Position numbers and translations under genes: made by a program
In this document: positions 41,332-50,416 of the stretch, piece by piece
Position numbering within the stretch: the first letter of the stretch is position 1
Layout: every line of letters begins with the position of its first letter
Notes under the pieces: generated by a model
The model's input: the letters and a program-made list of their open reading frames with translations, nothing else
Told to the model about the DNA's origin: nothing
Database searches by the model: none
Assembly (NCBI GenBank): GCA_963530525.1
Contig: CAUSEA010000005.1
Span: 4,269-68,268, forward strand
DNA length: 64,000 nucleotides
Reading direction: 5' to 3'
DNA from: an uncultured Campylobacter sp.
GTDB taxonomy: Bacteria > Campylobacterota > Campylobacteria > Campylobacterales > Campylobacteraceae

Positions 41332-43032
41332 ATGCCAAACGACGAAGATTATTCGCTGATTACGCGTGCTTTTAGCGACCTTGAGGAGCAGGAGGAGAGA
41401 TTTCTGCGTTGTGAGCGAGCGTATCGCGCGATCTACAAAGAGGATAACCGCACGAGCAAGCGCAAGAGCGCGGAGCGAAGCCGCTCAAAGCTTTACATCC
41501 CGCTTGTAAAAACTACCGTAAATATCATCCACAGCGTATTCAAAACCAGCTTTATGAGCGATCGCTGCCCGATCGAAGTAAAAAGGGTAGGGCTGCGAAG
41601 CGAGCATGATCTAATCCTGCAAAACGCGCTTACCGCGGTGCTAAAAAATTATTGGAAAAAAAAGGAGCACCGCGTAGGGCTATCCAAAGCCGTGCTTAGC
41701 GCGCTGTATCTGCCGCTAGGCATAGTAAATCTTTTCTACGACAAGACTGCCGCGCAGATCCGCACGAAATTTATCCCGATCACCGATCTAGCGTTTGATC
41801 GCCACGCAAGCGACATCAACGACATCGAATACGTAGCCTACAAATACAACCAATCGGCAAGAGAGATCAGAGAGAAGCTGGAGCGTAAATTTTACAAAGC
41901 GAAAGACGACAGAAACGTGATCGCGCAGACCACGGCAGGCAGCGAGCGCATAGCAATGCGCGATCTGTATATCAAAAGCCGCGAGCAGGGGCGCTCCGTG
42001 TGGAAACTCAAAACCTACGCAAACGACACGCTAGTGCGCGAAGCCACATTCTCCCGCCTGCCGTTTCACTACGGATACTGCATCGAAACCACTCCGAGCA
42101 TAAACGAGGACGAGCGCGAGGATGAGATAGCGATATACGGCTCATGCATCCCCGAGATCGTTTGGGAGCTGCAAGAGGAATACAACATCAAGCGAAACCA
42201 AAAGATCGACATCACCGAAAATCAGATCGATCCGCCTTACGCTATCGATAAGGATTCGGGCAGCGTAGCGATCAGCGATATCGCCGCTAGGAAAAAATTT
42301 ATCCGCATCGTTCCCGGAGCCAATAAGACCATAAAAGACGTCATCACCGTAATGAGCGAGCCCGGCACCTATGGGCTAAGCGAAGAGATCGCGATGCTAA
42401 AGAACGAATACGAGATCGCAACGGGCGTAAACAGCGTAATGACGGGGCAAACGAGCCCGAGCGATCGCAGAGCTACGAGCGCGCTTCAGGCGGTCAATTC
42501 GGCTTCCGGCACGAGGATAGAGAGCATGCTCCAGACCCTGCTCGATACGATGCTGCAAAGCTACGCCGAACATTTTGTTTGGCTCATATACAAATTCACG
42601 AGCGACGAGGAATTCGTGCGGATTACGGAGGATCCGCAGATCATCGAAAAGATAGGCGATCGCAGCGCGCCGCTTGATTTCGATGTCAATGTAAATTTCG
42701 GCACCACCATCGCAAACGAAGTCAAGATCGGACAGCTCAACTCGCTGATGCAGGTCTTGGCGCAGGCAAATATGGCAACCCCGGCTATCTCAGGGGGGAT
42801 CATCAAAGAAATTTTAACCCTAATTCTCGGCGAAAACGCGCCTATCGAGGCGATCGACGAGGCTATGGCGCAGATGCAAGCGCTCCAGCAAGCCCAACTT
42901 CAGGCGGCACAGCAGGCGCAGGACGCAGCCGATGATGAGGGCGGCGAGGCGCCGGACGTTTCGGATAGGGACGAACACCCTCCGAGCGACGACGAGCTGG
43001 ATCGCGCGGCGCTGCTAAACGGCGGGATTTGA
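41332..43032 (+). CDS. portal protein
   Basis: 566 aa, first gene of the head module; podoviral portal-like LQEEYN..RNQ.ID and TATxxxA-like segments. Confidence 0.8.
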   Translation: MPNDEDYSLITRAFSDLEEQEERFLRCERAYRAIYKEDNRTSKRKSAERSRSKLYIPLVKTTVNIIHSVFKTSFMSDRCPIEVKRVGLRSEHDLILQNALTAVLKNYWKKKEHRVGLSKAVLSALYLPLGIVNLFYDKTAAQIRTKFIPITDLAFDRHASDINDIEYVAYKYNQSAREIREKLERKFYKAKDDRNVIAQTTAGSERIAMRDLYIKSREQGRSVWKLKTYANDTLVREATFSRLPFHYGYCIETTPSINEDEREDEIAIYGSCIPEIVWELQEEYNIKRNQKIDITENQIDPPYAIDKDSGSVAISDIAARKKFIRIVPGANKTIKDVITVMSEPGTYGLSEEIAMLKNEYEIATGVNSVMTGQTSPSDRRATSALQAVNSASGTRIESMLQTLLDTMLQSYAEHFVWLIYKFTSDEEFVRITEDPQIIEKIGDRSAPLDFDVNVNFGTTIANEVKIGQLNSLMQVLAQANMATPAISGGIIKEILTLILGENAPIEAIDEAMAQMQALQQAQLQAAQQAQDAADDEGGEAPDVSDRDEHPPSDDELDRAALLNGGI

Positions 43033-43043
43033 GATGAAAATCG

Positions 43044-43077
43044 AGTTTAAAAAAATTAGGACGCGCAGAAATAGAAT
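43044..43077 (+). promoter_or_regulatory. phage late promoter motif, copy 2 (capsid operon)
   Basis: AGTTTAAAAAAATTAGGA-N10-TAGAAT. Confidence 0.7.
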
Positions 43078-43104
43078 CATTAAAAATTTTCAAAGGAGAA
43101 AGCT

Positions 43105-43404
43105 ATGAAAAAAAGCGATTTCAAGGTGTTGGGCACGATCACCCATATGGCAACCAACGGGCTAATGGTGTTTTCAAACGGCAAGAGCACGGGGCAGATC
43201 TCGGACGGAAAGATCGGTGACGTAGTCGTCAGACACAAGGACGAGACGGGGCTGGAGGTGCAAATTTTCAGCGCCGAGGAGTGGGCTGCTATGGGGGCCG
43301 AGGAGAAGAAGTCCGGCAAGGACGAGGACGGGAAAAAGGACGACGCGAAAGCGAACGAGGATCTTTCAAATTTGGGCGGTAAAGCAAGCAAGGAAGGAGA
43401 GTAG
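43105..43404 (+). CDS. phage hypothetical protein
   Basis: AAGGAG RBS; in the head module. Confidence 0.6.
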   Translation: MKKSDFKVLGTITHMATNGLMVFSNGKSTGQISDGKIGDVVVRHKDETGLEVQIFSAEEWAAMGAEEKKSGKDEDGKKDDAKANEDLSNLGGKASKEGE

Positions 43405-43406
43405 AG

Positions 43407-43964
43407 ATGGCTGAGGATATCTATGACGACGATTTGGACGAGGGCGTAGCGGATCCCGCCGCCGCGGCTGTCGCAGACGGCAAGGGGGAGCCCGCCAAGG
43501 ATGCGGGGGGCGAGCCTAAAAAATCCGCCGCGCCTCGCGACGACAAATCTGCAAAAGACGAGCCGAGCAAGGGCGCGGAGCCCGGCAAGAAAGAGGGCGC
43601 CGGAGGCAAGGTGCTAAGCGACGAGGAGTATCAAAGCTTCCGCGCGATGGAGCAAGAAAGGCAGCTCAAAGAGCTCGAAACGGATTTCAAAAAGGAATAC
43701 GGGGACTTCAATATGCAAAAAGTCCTCGACAAGATGTTTGAGCTCGATGAGAAGGACAAGGGGTATTTGGAGAAAAATTTCAACCCTACGGGAATTGAAA
43801 ACGTCTATCTCAAATACTTCAAAGGGGCACCGCAGGACGACGAATACGACGTAGTCCACGGCAAGGGCGGCAGTGCTATCGACAGAGGAGAGATGGCGCG
43901 CCGAATCAACAAGGGCGAGATAAGCCAAGAGGAGAAGCTCGCCTATCTCAGCAAGATTTATTAA
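43407..43964 (+). CDS. putative capsid scaffolding protein
   Basis: Acidic disordered N-terminus; directly upstream of the capsid gene. Confidence 0.6.
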   Translation: MAEDIYDDDLDEGVADPAAAAVADGKGEPAKDAGGEPKKSAAPRDDKSAKDEPSKGAEPGKKEGAGGKVLSDEEYQSFRAMEQERQLKELETDFKKEYGDFNMQKVLDKMFELDEKDKGYLEKNFNPTGIENVYLKYFKGAPQDDEYDVVHGKGGSAIDRGEMARRINKGEISQEEKLAYLSKIY

Positions 43965-43976
43965 AAGGAGAAAGAG

Positions 43977-44906
43977 ATGCCAACTATCAGAGATGGGCTA
44001 ATTACCTCCGAGGAAGCTTTCGGCAAGTCGGGGGTTGAGTTTTGGAATACGATCAAAGAGATCGGATGGAAGAGCACGCCGTTTCTTACGGCGATCGGAA
44101 TGGGTGCGCCGAGAGACAGGAGCTCCAACGCGGCGTTAGGTCATACTTGGATGTATGACGAGACGCCCGACGGTGATCTAAACAACGCTCACATGGAGGG
44201 CGGCGCTCCGGCTGCGCTGAAATACGTGATCGGCGGCAAGCTAAGCAACCACTACCAAATTGTGAAAGACACCTACGGCGTCAGCGGCACCGAGGAGGAC
44301 GGCAAAAGAGTGGACGGCTCAATGGTGCTCGCTCGTGCGGGCGATCTTGCGGGCATTCGCCACAAGCAGACGATCGAGAAGATTTTGCTTAGCGATCAGG
44401 CGGCTCTTGCGCGCGTCAATACTGGCGCATCAAAGGCCGCGGGAAAGTGCGGTGGATTGAAAAGCTTTGCCACCGTAACGAACACGATCGATGCGAAAAA
44501 CGCCACGCTAAGCATGCAAACGCTTAGAGACGTGCTCAAAGTAGGGCACAAGAAAAGCCGCCCGTATGATTTTATCCTAGTAAACGATAAGCAGCTCGAT
44601 AAGATCATGGATCTCATCGACAAGATCAAACAGGTAAACAATACGGTGGAATATCTCCATGACAAAGTCCAAGCGATCGACTCGCAATACGGCGAGAGCG
44701 TAAAAATCTTGCTAAGCCCCGAGCTTGCGGATACCGAGCTGATCGCATTTCGCAGCGACGACATCTATAAGGTGGACTGGAGAAATACCAGAAGAAGAGA
44801 GCTTCCGAGCGAGAACGACGAGATCAAAAGGGAAATTTTGACCGAATTCACGCTTCGAGTCTGCACGCCGGTGGCCTTTGCTTGGGTAAAAAACTTGGCA
44901 GCCTAA
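43977..44906 (+). CDS. major capsid protein (SU10/DUF5309-like)
   Basis: TPFL..IG...HTW..D, N..QI....VSGT, GGLKSF and EFTLRV pattern. Confidence 0.8.
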   Translation: MPTIRDGLITSEEAFGKSGVEFWNTIKEIGWKSTPFLTAIGMGAPRDRSSNAALGHTWMYDETPDGDLNNAHMEGGAPAALKYVIGGKLSNHYQIVKDTYGVSGTEEDGKRVDGSMVLARAGDLAGIRHKQTIEKILLSDQAALARVNTGASKAAGKCGGLKSFATVTNTIDAKNATLSMQTLRDVLKVGHKKSRPYDFILVNDKQLDKIMDLIDKIKQVNNTVEYLHDKVQAIDSQYGESVKILLSPELADTELIAFRSDDIYKVDWRNTRRRELPSENDEIKREILTEFTLRVCTPVAFAWVKNLAA

Positions 44907-44946
44907 AGCGCGGGGCAGGTAAGCCTGCCCCAAACAAGGAGAAGAG

Positions 44947-45585
44947 ATGACCTTTTTAAATTTCAAAGAAAGACTGCAAATCGCGACTCGCCCGGACGTC
45001 TTGGCTCCGAGCGGCGAGGAGATCAAGACGCTGATGGGCGAAGCGGCGCTGGAGATTTGCAAGGCTATCACTCCGCTTGAGATGATCGAGATAGATCATC
45101 GCAGCTTCGAGGTGGCGTATCACTTAGAGGGCGACTACTTCGTGAGAAAATTTAAGCTTCCCGCAAAGGATAGCGACGAGATCGATTTCAAAGACGATAG
45201 CTTGATAAGCGCTCTGCTTTATGGAATCGCCGCGAAACGCGGACGAGAAGATTTTTATCAAAAATACAGGAGCTTTTATCAAAGATCGCTCTGCGAATAC
45301 GAGCTAAATAATTTCGATGAAAACACGCCTGATCTGCCTATCGCGCTGGCAAGAAGCGGATATCTAAAACCGTATAGCGTCAAGTATGCCCTGGATGAAA
45401 AATATACATTTGAAGAAAGTTTTATAAACAAGCTCGACTTCTGGCTAGCCAATGTCGCTCTGACGAGAAATCTTTCGTGGCGAAATTTCATTTATGATTT
45501 TATTGCTTTTCAAAATGGTAAAAAAGAAGGAAGGGCTGATCTTGCGGCGCTGGATAAATTTATGAAAGAGAGGATAAAGCCATAA
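44947..45585 (+). CDS. putative head-tail adaptor
   Basis: Position after the capsid gene; helical composition. Confidence 0.45.
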   Translation: MTFLNFKERLQIATRPDVLAPSGEEIKTLMGEAALEICKAITPLEMIEIDHRSFEVAYHLEGDYFVRKFKLPAKDSDEIDFKDDSLISALLYGIAAKRGREDFYQKYRSFYQRSLCEYELNNFDENTPDLPIALARSGYLKPYSVKYALDEKYTFEESFINKLDFWLANVALTRNLSWRNFIYDFIAFQNGKKEGRADLAALDKFMKERIKP

Positions 45586-46829
45586 TGCAAGATAAAGAAT
45601 TTACGCAGATCTGTAGGGAAATTTTGGCTGCCTCGGAAAAAATATCGCCGCTTGCCGAGCAGGCGGGGAAGCTCCTAGAGCAGATAGAGCAGCAGAAGTT
45701 GGAGCTGCAAGCCTCCGTAGCTTCCGCGAACGAAGCGGCGAGAAAGGCTCTGCAAGGCGCAAACGAGCAGGCAGCGCAGACCCTTTCGGCGGCGCAGAGC
45801 CAAGCCGAACAGACCGCAAAGCTTGCCAAAGAGGCGACCAAGCAAAACGCCGCGAGCGCAAAAAATGCGCAACAAAAAGCGGCGGAGATCCTCGCATCCA
45901 TAGAAAAGCTTCAGGAGCAGATCAAAGCCACCGCGGACAAAGTAGAAAACGCGGGCGCGCTTATTACGGAGTTGAACTCGCTTAAGGAGCAGATTAAAAC
46001 CCTGCTTCAAAACGGAATCATCAATGACGCGGCTCAAAGCGCCACTCAAACTTATAGCTCAAATTTGATTGAGCGGAAGCTAGAGACCAAAGAGAGCGTG
46101 GGGTATGGCTACTCAAAGATTGAGGCGAATGCGAAATTTGAGACCCTCGCACAGGGTATAACCACCGCAATGGGCGCCGCCGCAGCAGCTCAAAGCAGCG
46201 CGGATAGTAAGCTCGGCAAAGACGATCAAGCCGCAGATAGCGCAAAACTGGGAGGAAGCCCCGCAAGCGATTATGCATCAAAGACCGAAATAAACACGCT
46301 AAAAACAAACCTCGCAAACAAACTAGGAAAAAAAGAGCAGGCGGCAGATAGCGAAAAACTCGGCGGGCTTGCCGCCGATAAATATGCCAAAAAAGATGAT
46401 ATTCCTGCGGCCCCGAAAGCCGCTACCGAAACAAAGGCAGGCATTGTAAAACTCAAAAATTCCATCACGGGGAATTTGAGCGACACGGCGGTATCTGAAA
46501 AAGCAGCGAAAGAATACATGGACAAAAACGCTAGCATCGGTATAGGCCAAAGCTGGCAGGACGTCACGGCGCAAAGGCAGATCGGCGTAACCTACACCAA
46601 CACCACGGGTAGGCCGATAGCCCTATCTGTTACGCTACAGGCTGCCAGCTTTGGCGGCGCGGTCGATATAAAACTTTCGGTAAACGGCGAAATCGTCAGC
46701 CAACAGTATTTAAGCGGGGCGAATTCCACGCCTGCATTAAGCACGTTTTGGATATTGCGGGAGGGAGATACGTATTCGCTTACCGCGCAAAGCTCGGGCA
46801 ATCTAATCAAATGGCTAGAGCTACGATAA
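45585..46829 (+). CDS. tail fibre protein
   Basis: Coiled coil, two AADS.KLGG repeats, ATETKAGIVKL fibre repeat, and a GIGQSWQDVT..R..GVTYTNTTGRPI C-terminal domain. Confidence 0.85.
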   Translation: MQDKEFTQICREILAASEKISPLAEQAGKLLEQIEQQKLELQASVASANEAARKALQGANEQAAQTLSAAQSQAEQTAKLAKEATKQNAASAKNAQQKAAEILASIEKLQEQIKATADKVENAGALITELNSLKEQIKTLLQNGIINDAAQSATQTYSSNLIERKLETKESVGYGYSKIEANAKFETLAQGITTAMGAAAAAQSSADSKLGKDDQAADSAKLGGSPASDYASKTEINTLKTNLANKLGKKEQAADSEKLGGLAADKYAKKDDIPAAPKAATETKAGIVKLKNSITGNLSDTAVSEKAAKEYMDKNASIGIGQSWQDVTAQRQIGVTYTNTTGRPIALSVTLQAASFGGAVDIKLSVNGEIVSQQYLSGANSTPALSTFWILREGDTYSLTAQSSGNLIKWLELR

Positions 46830-46835
46830 GGATAA

Positions 46836-47330
46836 ATGATGAAATACTACAAAAATTCACAAAACCAAATCTACGCTTACGATGATGACGTGAGTGCGGA
46901 GCAGATCGCAAAAGGGCTAACTGAAATTTCAGAAGCGCAGGCTCAAAAGATGCGTGAGCCCTCAATCGAGCAGCTCCGCGAAACAAAGACAGCAGAGCTT
47001 GCAAGATGGACCCATTCAATGGGCGATAGTTGCAAAATCAATCTTAAAGACTTTGGCGTCATTAACGGTGGGTATCGCTACCTGCTTAACGTCGAGGTTA
47101 TGATTGATATATTCGACAGCCTCGAAATACGGGCGTTTCGCATGTATGACAATACGATGAAAAAAATCAATGGACAAGAGGAGCTAAAGCGCATAAAAAA
47201 GGCTATTCAGCTCGGAGGGCAAAAACTCCACACCCTAAAATGGCAGTATGAACTCAAAATTTCAAAAGCCAAAAGCAAAAAAGAGCTTGATGCCATAGTG
47301 TTTACGGATACGATCGAGGTGGCGCTATGA
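46836..47330 (+). CDS. tail fibre assembly/DUF4376-like protein
   Basis: KYYKNSQNQIYAY start; follows the fibre gene. Confidence 0.65.
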   Translation: MMKYYKNSQNQIYAYDDDVSAEQIAKGLTEISEAQAQKMREPSIEQLRETKTAELARWTHSMGDSCKINLKDFGVINGGYRYLLNVEVMIDIFDSLEIRAFRMYDNTMKKINGQEELKRIKKAIQLGGQKLHTLKWQYELKISKAKSKKELDAIVFTDTIEVAL

Positions 47331-47494
47331 GTTATATTTTGATTTTTCTCTCGGCATTCATACTTGGAATTCTCGCCTGCCCGATAGTGATTTTCCTGCG
47401 TGCTAGAAAGTGCGACCAATGGGACCGCTCCAATATGATGAATATCCTTAGGGTGTTCGCGCACCTTGCGACGCACCCTTTCAAGGAGAGGTGA
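47327..47494 (+). CDS. small membrane protein (55 aa)
   Basis: ATGA/GTGATG-coupled ORF with an N-terminal TM segment. Confidence 0.5.
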   Translation: MSYILIFLSAFILGILACPIVIFLRARKCDQWDRSNMMNILRVFAHLATHPFKER

Positions 47495-48024
47495 TGTTTT
47501 GGATATTCAATAGACTTCGAGGACGATACGGCTTTTTTGCAAAAGTGAATTCTTTAGTAGTGGCACTTTTGATATTTGCCTTTTTTAGGAATTTTTACCT
47601 TGCGATCATCTGTGGGCTAGGCTATCTTGCAGGCGAAAGCAAGGGCTGGGGCGTATGGGTCGGCGCTTTGACAAGCCACGGGGGCGATAGAGACGAGAGT
47701 GAAAGCCGCGGCATAGAATGGCTTGCGGGGCTTTTCGTATCTCGCGCGCACTGGATTGCGTTTTGCAGGGTGTGCCTATTTATACGCGGGCTTATTTGGT
47801 GGCTACCCGTATTTTTGCCGCTAGTTTTTATCGGCGTTTATATCGCGCCGCTTCTGGCCGCAGCTCTTGCGGTAGGTTTTCCGCTTGCTTGCGAGCTAGG
47901 TTATCGCACGAATTTCAAATTTAGGCTCAAGAAGCTTGAGATTGAAAGTGCGTGGGCTAGGCAGGAGCTCTTTTACGGGGCTATGCAGGATGCGGCGTTT
48001 ATAATTTTATGGGTGATGATATGA
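47491..48024 (+). CDS. multi-TM phage protein
   Basis: Hydrophobic; AAGGAG RBS. Confidence 0.6.
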   Translation: MMFWIFNRLRGRYGFFAKVNSLVVALLIFAFFRNFYLAIICGLGYLAGESKGWGVWVGALTSHGGDRDESESRGIEWLAGLFVSRAHWIAFCRVCLFIRGLIWWLPVFLPLVFIGVYIAPLLAAALAVGFPLACELGYRTNFKFRLKKLEIESAWARQELFYGAMQDAAFIILWVMI

Positions 48025-48359
48025 GTTTTAAAATTTACCTTGGAATTATCGCGGCGCTTCTTCTTGCCTGCCTTGCGCTGGCTGGGTGGAACCATAGCCT
48101 CAAAGGCAAGATCGAGCAGTTAAATAAAGACATCGTTTTCGCCAAAACGCAAGAGCTCATAAGCTCCTCGAATTTGGACGCTTGCAACGCAAAGATCGAT
48201 CTGCAAAATGAGCGGATAAAAAATATGGAAGTAAAAAATATCAAAGAGGTAGAACAAAAGGTGGTGACTAAATTTGAAAAGATTAAGGAGCCTATCAACG
48301 GCGAGTGTCAGAACAAAGTGAAATTTTATGAGGAGCTGATAAATGAAATGGCTCGTTAG
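48021..48359 (+). CDS. putative i-spanin (Rz-like)
   Basis: N-terminal TM plus coiled coil; overlaps the lipoprotein gene. Confidence 0.65.
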   Translation: MSFKIYLGIIAALLLACLALAGWNHSLKGKIEQLNKDIVFAKTQELISSSNLDACNAKIDLQNERIKNMEVKNIKEVEQKVVTKFEKIKEPINGECQNKVKFYEELINEMAR

Positions 48360-48576
48360 CATTTTTGCTTTGTTTTTGATCGGATGTAGCAAGCCCAACA
48401 TCATAACTAGGACGGAGTATAAAAAAGTTTATATCCCCGTAAAATGTATCAAGGCGATGCCGAAAAAACCGAGCTATGATTTTACGCCCGCAGCAGCAAA
48501 AGCGCTAATGCGCTACTACAAGACCTGCGAGGAACTACTAAGGGAGTGCAGCGATGGAAATGATCCTAAGAGCTAA
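48343..48576 (+). CDS. putative o-spanin lipoprotein (Rz1-like)
   Basis: Lipobox LIGC; Pro-containing; follows Rz. Confidence 0.65.
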   Translation: MKWLVSIFALFLIGCSKPNIITRTEYKKVYIPVKCIKAMPKKPSYDFTPAAAKALMRYYKTCEELLRECSDGNDPKS

Positions 48577-48663
48577 GAAGTTTTGGCTTAGCAAAAGAGC
48601 AATCATAGAGATCGTTATTTCGATTTTGCTGATGCTTTTATTTACGATGTAAAAGAAGTGGCA

Positions 48664-49005
48664 ATGGAACTATTAGACAAGGTGGGGTTTTATTTTTGGG
48701 TCATTTTAGTGGGCTTTATCGGCGGCATACTTGATTATATCGACAGCGGTAGCAAGAAAAAGGCTACGAGCGTCATTGTGGGGATTGCAACGTCGATGTT
48801 TTTGGGCTGGATAGGCTTTGAGATGGCGAATTTCTTTATAAAAGATACGAGGGCATCACTCGCAATATGTGGATTTCTTGCTTGGCGCGGAACCGAATGG
48901 ATCAAAGAGACCGTGGACCGGGCAATCAATAGTAAGCTTAATAGGCACGATGAATATTTTGATAAATTTGAGGAAAGAGACGACTATGAAGATAAAGATA
49001 AATAG
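48664..49005 (+). CDS. holin
   Basis: Three TM segments and a charged C-terminus; precedes the lysins. Confidence 0.7.
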   Translation: MELLDKVGFYFWVILVGFIGGILDYIDSGSKKKATSVIVGIATSMFLGWIGFEMANFFIKDTRASLAICGFLAWRGTEWIKETVDRAINSKLNRHDEYFDKFEERDDYEDKDK

Positions 49006-49405
49006 ATTTAAAAATATCCACGACGGAACGATTGGAAAACTAACGATCACGGACGACGGAAAAAAGCTTTTTGAATGCTTCACCCTTGAGCCAGCAGGCG
49101 CAGATACTACCGAGCGCGGCAAGGATAGACGGATTCCGGCAGGGCGTTATAAAATGGAGTGGCACAATAGCTCAAGACAAAAACGGATGTGTCCGCTTCT
49201 ATACAACGAGCTGGTGCCAAAAGATAGATACATTCTGATCCATACGGGCAACATCCCGCAAGAAACATCTGGATGTATCCTCGTAGGCGACGGACACAAC
49301 GCCGCGGGGGTTACAAACTCCGTTCGGACATACAATTCGTTTTTTGAAATTTGCATAGGCAAACACATAGAATTCATAGAGATTTCAAACGAGGAGGGGA
49401 TATGA
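48986..49405 (+). CDS. DUF5675 family protein (L,D-peptidase-like)
   Basis: TIGKL, FTLEP, RIPAGRY and ILIHTGN...TSGCILVG motifs. Confidence 0.8.
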   Translation: MKIKINRFKNIHDGTIGKLTITDDGKKLFECFTLEPAGADTTERGKDRRIPAGRYKMEWHNSSRQKRMCPLLYNELVPKDRYILIHTGNIPQETSGCILVGDGHNAAGVTNSVRTYNSFFEICIGKHIEFIEISNEEGI

Positions 49406-49842
49406 GCCTGCTAGAAAACATCAAAGCTCACGAGGGATTTAGAGATAAAATTTACAAAGACAGCCTCGGAAAGGCTACGATAGGATACGGCTTTTTGGTA
49501 GCCGCTCTTAGCCCTGACGAACTCAAACTCAACGGCGGCAAGGCGGAGCCGATAAGTAAAGAGGTAGCAGAAAAAATCTTAAATTTGAAAGTTGCGAAGC
49601 TTCAAAAGCGGGTTTTTCAGTGCCTGCCGTGGCTGCAGAGCAAGCCGCAAAATGTGCAAGATACCCTAATCGAAATGGCGTATCAGCTAGGGCTTGCAGG
49701 ACTTATGGGTTTTCATCACACCCTAAGCTGCATCGAAGCAAGCGATTACGCGCAAGCGGCAAGAAATTTAAAAGCAAGCTTACTTTACCGCCAGAGCCCA
49801 AAAAGGGTTGAAGGCTACATTAAAGGACTGAAAAATGGCTGA
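49402..49842 (+). CDS. T4-like lysozyme (GH24) endolysin
   Basis: E-x8-D-x5-T triad in HEGFRDKIYKDSLGKATIGYG; MAYQLG motif. Confidence 0.88.
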   Translation: MSLLENIKAHEGFRDKIYKDSLGKATIGYGFLVAALSPDELKLNGGKAEPISKEVAEKILNLKVAKLQKRVFQCLPWLQSKPQNVQDTLIEMAYQLGLAGLMGFHHTLSCIEASDYAQAARNLKASLLYRQSPKRVEGYIKGLKNG

Positions 49843-50416
49843 TTACAAAGAAAGATATAGTGAGCTTTACAAGCGCGTGCTCGGCGATACTATGGCGGAG
49901 GATACGCCGTATCAAAAATTTACCGCTAAGATCGATGAGTACATGCAGCTTTACGGACTGCATAACGATAAGAAATTTGAGATGCTTTGCAACACCCTCG
50001 TTTCGATGACGCAAAGCGTAACGACGAGCAGTCAAGAGATCGCCCTGCGACTTCTTAGCGAAAGCGAGGAGTTGCCTTTGCGGGCAAAGCTTTTAGATTT
50101 TCAAGCAAAAACTGCTGAGGCCGATGTTAAACTCAAAAATCGCGAACTTGATCTGATAGAGAAAAAGCTAAATTTGGCAGATCGAGAGGCGGCATTTAAC
50201 GAGGCGCGCACGGCACTAATAAAAGAGCAGACCAATAGCGAAAAGAAGCGCGGACAAGCGATAGACAGAGAAATCAAAAGCTACGATGATAAACTAAGAA
50301 TCCAAGAGGCAAGCTTGCTAAAAGATAGCGTATTTGGCTACTCTGTTGGGGGACTAAATCCGCCTACAGAGATGACAACTAAAATGTTTAATGCAATCGA
50401 TAGGATTACTCCGTAA
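49835..50416 (+). CDS. coiled-coil phage protein
   Basis: Coupled ORF with heptad-rich sequence. Confidence 0.6.
   Translation: MADYKERYSELYKRVLGDTMAEDTPYQKFTAKIDEYMQLYGLHNDKKFEMLCNTLVSMTQSVTTSSQEIALRLLSESEELPLRAKLLDFQAKTAEADVKLKNRELDLIEKKLNLADREAAFNEARTALIKEQTNSEKKRGQAIDREIKSYDDKLRIQEASLLKDSVFGYSVGGLNPPTEMTTKMFNAIDRITP

Noticed and set aside
45585..46829. DGR or invertible tail-fibre switching
   Set aside because: No reverse transcriptase, invertase, template repeat or alternative fibre C-terminus seen in the window.
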